A DNA stretch of 32,000 bases from Candidatus Peribacter riflensis (lineage in GTDB: Bacteria > Patescibacteriota > Gracilibacteria > Peribacterales > Peribacteraceae): assembly GCA_001430755.1 (NCBI GenBank), contig CP013062.1, positions 420,001-452,000 of the forward strand, in the 5' to 3' direction. This document shows positions 9,876 to 15,201 of the stretch, piece after piece. The position numbers were made by a program, and so were the translations under genes. Below the pieces are notes generated by a model that saw nothing but the letters and a program-made list of their open reading frames with translations, did not search any database and was not told the origin of the DNA. The stretch's first letter is position 1, and each line of letters opens with the position of its first letter.

Positions 9876-10880
9876 TCAGAGTTTCTTCCCGACGAATTCC
9901 GCCAGCTCCACGAGCCGGCAGCTGTACCCCCACTCGTTGTCGTACCAAGCCAGGACCTTGGCGAGCGTAGAGCCGATGACCTGTGTTGAGAGTGCGTCCA
10001 CGATGCTTGAGCGGGGATCTTTCTTGTAGTCCATGCTCACAAGCGGACGCTTCTCGACACCCAGAATGCCTTTCATCGGTCCGGCTGCCGCCTTCTCGAA
10101 CGCGGCGTTGATCTCTTCTGCGGTTGCTGTCTTCTTCAGGGTCACCGTGAGGTCCGTGAGGCTGACCGTGGGCGTGGGCACACGCACCGAAATCCCTTTC
10201 ATTTTGCCATTGAGATTGGGCAGGACGAGTCCGATGGCTTTGGCCGCACCCGTCGAGGTGGGAATCATATTGAGAGCCGCTGCACGTGCGCGACGCAGAT
10301 CCTTGTGGGCGACATCCAGAATCACCTGATCGTTCGTATAGCTATGGATGGTCGTCATGAGTCCGTATGCGATACCGAAGGATTCATCCAGCACCTTGGC
10401 CACGGGCGCGAGGGAATTGGTCGTGCAGGAGGCATTGGAGATGATGTGCATCTTCTTCGGGTCGTATGTTGCTTCGTTCACGCCGAGCACGAAGGTACCA
10501 TCAATCTCATCCTTACCCGGCGCGGACAGGATCACCTTCTTCGCTCCGGCCCTGAGATGCAGCCCGGCATCTTCCTTCTTGCAGAACTTGCCAGTGCACT
10601 CGAGGACGATGTCCACCTTCTTTTCTTTGTGAGGAAGCAGCGCGGGGTCTTTTGTCTGCGTGACGGTGATTTTCTTGCCCTTCACCGTCAGCGTTCCGTC
10701 GTTGAACAACGCGCCGCAGTCGTAATGTCCGTAGTTGCTGTCGAATTCCAAAAGGTGCGCAAGCGTGGCTCCGTCGCCCGGATCATTGATGAGGACGACG
10801 TTTAAGTCAGGATGGTTTTCGAGGATCAGGTGCAGCGCCTGGCGGCCGATACGTCCGAATCCGTTAATGGCGATGTTCAT
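9876..10880 (-). CDS. gap: type I glyceraldehyde-3-phosphate dehydrogenase
   Basis: INGFGRIGR, the catalytic SNASCTTNSLAP motif, and C-terminal WYDNEWGYS. Confidence 0.95.
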   Translation of the reverse strand: MNIAINGFGRIGRQALHLILENHPDLNVVLINDPGDGATLAHLLEFDSNYGHYDCGALFNDGTLTVKGKKITVTQTKDPALLPHKEKKVDIVLECTGKFCKKEDAGLHLRAGAKKVILSAPGKDEIDGTFVLGVNEATYDPKKMHIISNASCTTNSLAPVAKVLDESFGIAYGLMTTIHSYTNDQVILDVAHKDLRRARAAALNMIPTSTGAAKAIGLVLPNLNGKMKGISVRVPTPTVSLTDLTVTLKKTATAEEINAAFEKAAAGPMKGILGVEKRPLVSMDYKKDPRSSIVDALSTQVIGSTLAKVLAWYDNEWGYSCRLVELAEFVGKKL

Positions 10881-10904
10881 GGGAGAGGGAGGAAAGCTTG
10901 TTCT

Positions 10905-10933
10905 ACTATAGCGAATGTTTGGAGCGTTTTGAA
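10905..10933 (-). promoter_or_regulatory. candidate gap promoter
   Basis: Minus strand reads TTCAAA (10933-10928), 17-nt spacer, TATAGT (10910-10905). Confidence 0.4.
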
Positions 10934-10940
10934 TGGAAGT

Positions 10941-11008
10941 AAGAATTAAGAATAGTGAATGAAGAATCAGGTAAGCCGCAGTTCCGCACTATTCATAATT
11001 CTTCATTC
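10941..11008. repeat. AT-rich inverted-repeat element (GAATGAAGAAT / ATTCTTCATTC), terminator-like
   Basis: Perfect 11-bp arms at 10957-10967 and 10998-11008. An alternative 17-bp pairing joins 10941-10957 with 10987-11003 (1 mismatch). It lies just downstream of the stop at 11021 and shares 11-mers with the element at 13214-13272. Confidence 0.7.
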
Positions 11009-11020
11009 CTCATTCTTTAT

Positions 11021-11854
11021 TCATATACGTTCATACGTCTTCTGCATCAGCAACGTGTCCTTCTCCAATAACGGGGATTCGCACACGACCACACCCTCCA
11101 CCTTTCTTTTCTTGAGCACGCTCAGAAAGTCCTTCCACTTTGCGTCGCTCTGCGTGAGCGGCAGGTGTTTGCGCTCGCCTTTGGTTGAGTAGGCGATGCC
11201 CGAGAAGTGCATGTGTACGTGTCTCAGAGCACCTGTTCCCAGGTGCGTGGCGTAGAGGTCGAACATGTCGTTCCATTCTTCCGCTGAATTGATCTTGCCA
11301 TTCTCGCGCGCGTGCATGTGCGCCGGATCGATACAGGGGTAGTTGCCGAATTCCTTACTGACTTTGAGCACCTCCTCCAGCGTTCCGAACTGCGTTTGCT
11401 TGCCCATGGTCTCGTAGGCCAGATTGACGTGCGGAAAGAGAGAGCGTTTGTGCTTCATGATGTCATCCGTGGCGCGCCGCACGTTGTCGTAGACCTTTTC
11501 AGGAGGCAGCCCCAGATTGAACGCGGCGTGCACGCACACGGACCGGGCTCCGCAGAGCTCGGCCATGGCGAGGGCATCGAGCACTCTGCGCTTGCTCGCA
11601 GCCAGCTTCGCGCGGTCGGGAGAATTGAGATTCACGAAGTAGGGTGCGTGGACGGTGAGTGTGATCTCAAGCTCCTCCGCCGTTTCGCGGATCTCGGCCA
11701 TGCGTTCCGGGTTTTTGGGCACGTTCTGCACCCACTCGATCTCCATCGCAGTGAGCCCAAGCCTCTTCGCCTGCTTGAGACCCTCGACGGTTCCGCCGGG
11801 AGCGGGAGTGGAGTGGGGGGTGCCGGCAACGGCAAAGTGCAAGGAAAGGGCCAT
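11021..11854 (-). CDS. endonuclease IV-like AP endonuclease / xylose-isomerase-like TIM-barrel protein
   Basis: Blocks parallel to Nfo: VHAPYFVNLNS, AYETMG, CIDPAHMHA, HVHMHFSG, VVCESP. I chose the start at ATG 11854 (MALSLHFAVAG); the track's TTG 11917 and ATG 11893 are alternatives. Confidence 0.65.
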   Translation of the reverse strand: MALSLHFAVAGTPHSTPAPGGTVEGLKQAKRLGLTAMEIEWVQNVPKNPERMAEIRETAEELEITLTVHAPYFVNLNSPDRAKLAASKRRVLDALAMAELCGARSVCVHAAFNLGLPPEKVYDNVRRATDDIMKHKRSLFPHVNLAYETMGKQTQFGTLEEVLKVSKEFGNYPCIDPAHMHARENGKINSAEEWNDMFDLYATHLGTGALRHVHMHFSGIAYSTKGERKHLPLTQSDAKWKDFLSVLKKRKVEGVVVCESPLLEKDTLLMQKTYERI

Positions 11855-11873
11855 TGATGGTAGTGTACCACCC

Positions 11874-13229
11874 GTGCCGATTGCCAAAGACATCGCCGCC
11901 AAGACGCTCGCGACCAAACAGGGCGAAGTCGCGTATCAGATTGTCGAGAAGCTCACCGATGCCGGCTTCGATACCTGGTGGGTGGGGGGAGGCGTGCGCG
12001 ACATGGCGCTGGGTGGGTTTCCGCTGGATATCGATATCGCCACAGAAGCCCTGCCCGATCAGGTGCGTTCCCTCTTCCCGAATACCGTCGGTTCCACGGG
12101 TGAGCAGTTTGGCAGCGTGATCGTGCGCATCAAGGGCCTCAATATGGAGGTGACGACCTTTCGTGAGGATGATGAGGTGTCCGATGGCAGACATCCCGAG
12201 TCCGTCGTGTTCGGCAAGCGTGAGCAGGATGCGAAGCGGCGCGATATCACGATCAATGCGCTCTACTGGAATCCGATCTCGCGTGAGTGGTATGACCCCT
12301 TCAACGGCGAGGCGGATCTGAAGGAGCGCCTCATCCGTTTCATCGGCGATCCTGCCGTGCGCATCAAGCATGACGCCTTGCGGTTGCTGCGTGTCGTCCG
12401 CTTCCGCGCACTCATCAACGGTCAGTACCACCCCGAGACCTACCGTGCGCTCACAGCGCAGGCGAAGAATATTGAGACCCTCTCAGGGAGCCGTGCTCTC
12501 AGGGAACTGGAGAAGATGCTCTCAGGTCCGCACCCCGACCGCGCGTTCGAAGATCTGTGGGAGACGCGCATCCTGAGTGATCTGATCCCGGAGCTCTATG
12601 CCTGCAAGGGGATTGCGCAGCCTCAGGAGTACCACCATGAGGGCGATGTGTGGGATCACACGATGATGGCGCTGAAGGCATTTCTGCCGGAACACGGCTT
12701 AGACGTGCGCTTCGCTCTCCTTTTCCATGACATCGGCAAGGCCGTGACGTTCAAGACGAAGGAGCGTATCCGCTTCGACGAGCACGCACCGGTGTCGGCC
12801 GATCTGGCGGATCAGGCGCTGCACCGGCTGCAGGCGACCGGCAACCGCATTCGCAAAGTCCACTGGCTCATCGCACATCACATGATGATGGGCTTCTTCG
12901 CCGAAATGAACGCGGAGCGAAAATCGCACTGGTACTTCCATCCGTGGTTCCACGAACTTCTGGAACTCTTCTGGCTCGACATCGCCGGCACCGATCCGCA
13001 GGATTACACGCTCTACGGTTCCATCCTGCAGGACTATAACCGTTTTCTCAATGAGCATCCCCGTCCTCCCAAGCAACTGCTTTCGGGAGAAGAGATTATG
13101 GAGATCCTTGGTCTCGCTCCCGGTGAAAAAGTCGGGCAGGTCATCGCGGCTCTGCACGAAGCCCAGATCAGTGGTGAGGTGACCAAGAAGAGCGAGGCGA
13201 GGGAGTTCATCATAAGAATGAAGAAGTAA
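11874..13229 (+). CDS. cca: CCA-adding enzyme / poly(A) polymerase family with HD domain
   Basis: WWVGGGVRDMALG..DIDIAT nucleotidyltransferase head plus an HD motif (HHEGDVWDHT..LLFHDIGK). The GTG at 11874 is the only in-frame canonical start near the conserved N-terminus. The track's 11655 start overlaps the divergent gene. Confidence 0.75.
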   Translation: MPIAKDIAAKTLATKQGEVAYQIVEKLTDAGFDTWWVGGGVRDMALGGFPLDIDIATEALPDQVRSLFPNTVGSTGEQFGSVIVRIKGLNMEVTTFREDDEVSDGRHPESVVFGKREQDAKRRDITINALYWNPISREWYDPFNGEADLKERLIRFIGDPAVRIKHDALRLLRVVRFRALINGQYHPETYRALTAQAKNIETLSGSRALRELEKMLSGPHPDRAFEDLWETRILSDLIPELYACKGIAQPQEYHHEGDVWDHTMMALKAFLPEHGLDVRFALLFHDIGKAVTFKTKERIRFDEHAPVSADLADQALHRLQATGNRIRKVHWLIAHHMMMGFFAEMNAERKSHWYFHPWFHELLELFWLDIAGTDPQDYTLYGSILQDYNRFLNEHPRPPKQLLSGEEIMEILGLAPGEKVGQVIAALHEAQISGEVTKKSEAREFIIRMKK

Positions 13230-13272
13230 GAATGATGAATGATGCACGGATTTTTTTTAATTCTTCATTCTT
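13214..13272. repeat. AT-rich inverted-repeat element (AAGAATGAAGAA / TTCTTCATTCTT) spanning the cca stop
   Basis: Perfect 12-bp arms at 13214-13225 and 13261-13272, with a T8 run in the loop. It shares GAATGAAGAA, GAAGTAAGAAT and TTCTTCATTC words with the element at 10941-11008. Confidence 0.7.
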
Positions 13273-13326
13273 TCCCCATACGATGGATTCTTTTGCAAGT
13301 CTCCCTTTCTGCTAAGCTTTCACCGT

Positions 13327-13403
13327 GGGCGAGTAGCTCAGTCGGTTAGAGCACGGGACTTATAAGCCCGCGGTCGGTGGTTCAAATCCACCCTCGCCCA
13401 CCA
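13327..13403 (+). tRNA. tRNA-Ile (anticodon UAU), CCA encoded
   Basis: Hand fold: GGGCGAG TA GCTC AGTCGGTTA GAGC A CGGGA CTTATAA GCCCG CGGTC GGTGG TTCAAAT CCACC CTCGCCC A CCA. The body closely resembles bacterial tRNA-Ile(GAU). The 31:39 position is an A-G mismatch. Confidence 0.8.
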
Positions 13404-13428
13404 ACCTTCGCTCGGCGAAGGTTGGTGG
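13398..13428 (+). other. perfect 13-bp hairpin overlapping the tRNA-Ile 3' end and CCA
   Basis: ccaccaaccttcg (13398-13410), loop ctcgg, cgaaggttggtgg (13416-13428). The 5' arm contains the last 2 acceptor nt, the discriminator A, CCA and 7 trailer nt. Confidence 0.8.
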
Positions 13429-13577
13429 CCGTAGCTCCGACGTTTTCCCTTCTTTTTCTTTCGCCGGGGGCCGAGCTACGGTTGGCAAGCCACCGGAGCG
13501 AAGGCTGGCTCGTCGAACTCGTGTAACCACCACTCCCTCTTTCACCAACCTTCGCAGGAGGTTGCCCGCCGTAGCCT
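13399..13577 (+). repeat. direct repeat pair of a roughly 35-40-nt module, 144 bp apart
   Basis: Copy 1 (13399-13438): caccaaccttcg..aggttggtggccgtagctc. Copy 2 (13543-13577): caccaaccttcg..aggttgcccgccgtagcctc. The first 12 nt are identical. Confidence 0.7.
13475..13504. repeat. short dispersed motif copy (gctacggttggcaagccac + cggagcgaagg)
   Basis: The 19-mer is identical to 20750-20768. The 3' part is 18/22 identical to 15041-15062. Confidence 0.75.
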
Positions 13578-13602
13578 CGCTGCATGTCTGACACATACGA
13601 TA

Positions 13603-13634
13603 AGACCCTCAGCACCGAAGAGGTGAGAGGGTCT
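13603..13634. terminator. strong hairpin downstream of the 285-aa gene (no U tract)
   Basis: agaccctc / gagggtct (8 bp) plus an inner cacc / ggtg stem with loop gaaga. It lies 25 nt below the stop at 13659. Confidence 0.45.
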
Positions 13635-13658
13635 AAAGGGTTTGCTGCTGCGAAGGAG

Positions 13659-14516
13659 TTACTGTTGACCGACGTACGCGCGGGCCTTCGTCAGCGGGTC
13701 TTCCGCCCACGGCTGCCCCCGGGACTGCTGGTAGATCGGATTTTCCTCGATCGATCCGATCAATTCCCGCACCATCCCGATGCGGAGCCGGTGGTCCACC
13801 GCGATGTTCATGCGGTGGTAGAGCAGGTTCATGACCAGCCGTTGCACACGCTCGCCTGCTTCGGTGCCTTGGGCATCTGCCATGAGGGCTTCGGCCTCGC
13901 TCAGAGCTGATTCGCTCAGTGCGAAGGCTTCCTGCCATCGGCCGATCTTCTGAAGCAGATCGATCTTCACCATGACAGCGTAGAGCTTGCCGGGGATATC
14001 CCCTGCCTGCTCGGCTTCGTGTGCGGACCGTTCTGCAGCCGTCACGGCCTCCTCGCGGAGTGCATCAGCCTGCTGGTTTAAGGCCATGCACCACTCATAC
14101 GACAGTTTGCTGCGCAGCGCCATCGTCGCCGGAGACGCATGTTGCTGAAGTCTCTCGCCGAGGAGGTTGGCGCAGCGTGCCATCTCTTCGTACTTCTTGT
14201 GGCGTCGTTGCCACTCGGTTGCCAGGAGCAGACTGGGATTGTCCAAGCTCTCCGGACTCTCGGCGGCGATGTCCATGCAGTCGCCGTAGAAGGGACTGTT
14301 GATGAGCGACGCGGCCTGATTGATCCGTCGAATCGCAGGGTGAGTGAGGAGCCGCGGGTAGAAATTCCGCAGCCACTCATCTCTCTCCTCTGTGACTTCT
14401 GACCGATAGGCTTCGTCCACTCTGCTGAGTGGACCGACGAGATCGTCATTTTGCGCAACGCTCTCAAAGAGAGCTGTTACCGCCGCATGGAGCGCGGCTA
14501 AACCTTGGGACGTCAT
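13659..14516 (-). CDS. hypothetical alpha-helical protein, no family recognised
   Basis: 285-aa ORF preceded by the canonical RBS GAAGGAGGTGACGT-ATG. The sequence is helical and Ala/Glu/Leu-rich (possibly TPR-like), with no signal peptide. Confidence 0.7.
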   Translation of the reverse strand: MTSQGLAALHAAVTALFESVAQNDDLVGPLSRVDEAYRSEVTEERDEWLRNFYPRLLTHPAIRRINQAASLINSPFYGDCMDIAAESPESLDNPSLLLATEWQRRHKKYEEMARCANLLGERLQQHASPATMALRSKLSYEWCMALNQQADALREEAVTAAERSAHEAEQAGDIPGKLYAVMVKIDLLQKIGRWQEAFALSESALSEAEALMADAQGTEAGERVQRLVMNLLYHRMNIAVDHRLRIGMVRELIGSIEENPIYQQSRGQPWAEDPLTKARAYVGQQ

Positions 14517-14610
14517 ACGTCACCTCCTTCGTGTGAATGAGCAGCAGGCCGACCTTCGGACGGCTGCTCGCTTGATCAAGCAGCTGGATCTCCAAGATCA
14601 GCTAATGCAA

Positions 14611-14638
14611 ATAGTACATATTTTATAGAATATGTCAA
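14611..14638 (-). promoter_or_regulatory. promoter of the 285-aa gene with a palindromic operator in the spacer
   Basis: Minus strand reads TTGACA (14638-14633), 16-nt spacer, TACTAT (14616-14611). The 7-bp inverted repeat acatatt-N6-aatatgt (14616-14635) fills the spacer. Confidence 0.55.
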
Positions 14639-14686
14639 AAGCGTATTGTGCGTGGCATCTGTGCCTGTTCACACAGGATAAGAATA

Positions 14687-14714
14687 TTGACAAATACATA
14701 TATAATTATATTAT
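14687..14714 (+). promoter_or_regulatory. promoter of the small secreted-protein gene
   Basis: TTGACA (14687-14692), 16-nt spacer, TATTAT (14709-14714). The ATG at 14723 is only 8 nt downstream. Confidence 0.55.
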
Positions 14715-14722
14715 ATCAATCT

Positions 14723-15013
14723 ATGTTTTTCCGACGCTTAGCGCTCCTCATCATTCTGGGAGCACTCCTCCTCATCGGGCGGCCGACTTCCGCTTCTGCA
14801 GAGGGGTGGGATTACCTCTTTGATGATCTTTCCTGGTCTCAAGCGGATGATACGTCGGAGGGAGGAGGAGAGTGGTCCATCTCGATCGGCGGGTTCTCGG
14901 ATGCGGGGAGGGATTGGGGCATCGAAAGCAGCGGCTTCTGGGATTACCTCTTTCGCGATTTGAGTTGGCCCGATGGAACATTCTCGGTTGCAGGAAGGCT
15001 TGGAGGGGGGTGA
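14723..15013 (+). CDS. small secreted protein (96 aa) with tandem WDYLFxDLSW repeat
   Basis: Signal peptide MFFRRLALLIILGALLLIGRPTSASA-EG. It has two copies of the motif, GWDYLFDDLSW and FWDYLFRDLSW, with an identical 15-nt DNA repeat tgggattacctcttt at 14806 and 14939. The track's upstream start at 14648 lies in AT-rich promoter DNA. Confidence 0.6.
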   Translation: MFFRRLALLIILGALLLIGRPTSASAEGWDYLFDDLSWSQADDTSEGGGEWSISIGGFSDAGRDWGIESSGFWDYLFRDLSWPDGTFSVAGRLGGG

Positions 15014-15040
15014 GCCGAGGGACACCGTTTCTCGTTCTCG

Positions 15041-15062
15041 TGGCAAGGCGCCGGAACGAAGA
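15041..15062. repeat. short dispersed motif copy (tggcaaggcgccggaacgaaga)
   Basis: 18/22 identity to 13483-13504. Intergenic, downstream of the small secreted-protein gene. Confidence 0.5.
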
Positions 15063-15113
15063 TGTGCTTCGCGCGCATGGACGGCAATGTATGTGTTCCA
15101 CTGATACAATATG

Positions 15114-15128
15114 TATATATATATATAT
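15114..15128. repeat. (TA)7 dinucleotide microsatellite
   Basis: tatatatatatatat lies in the AT-rich spacer, 74 nt upstream of the SLH-protein ATG. Confidence 0.9.
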
Positions 15129-15201
15129 CTTCGCAAGACTGATTGATTTGTGCAGAAAATACAATGTAGAGCAGAATACATTTAATTTTCCACTATTGTT
15201 T

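Noticed and set aside
14653-14668. Possible sigma-54 -24/-12 promoter (TGGCATctgtgCCTG) near the sigma-54 activator theme
   Set aside because: The GG-to-GC spacing is 8 nt instead of the strict 11, and TTGC is absent. Similar near-hits were checked the same way: 1760 (TGGCACtcctgCGCG, wrong strand context and no TTGC), 29558 and 30172.
14872-15201. N-terminal extension of the SLH protein ORF (track start 14872)
   Set aside because: The extension runs through the end of the small secreted-protein gene, the AT-rich spacer and the (TA)7 tract. A canonical signal peptide begins at ATG 15202.
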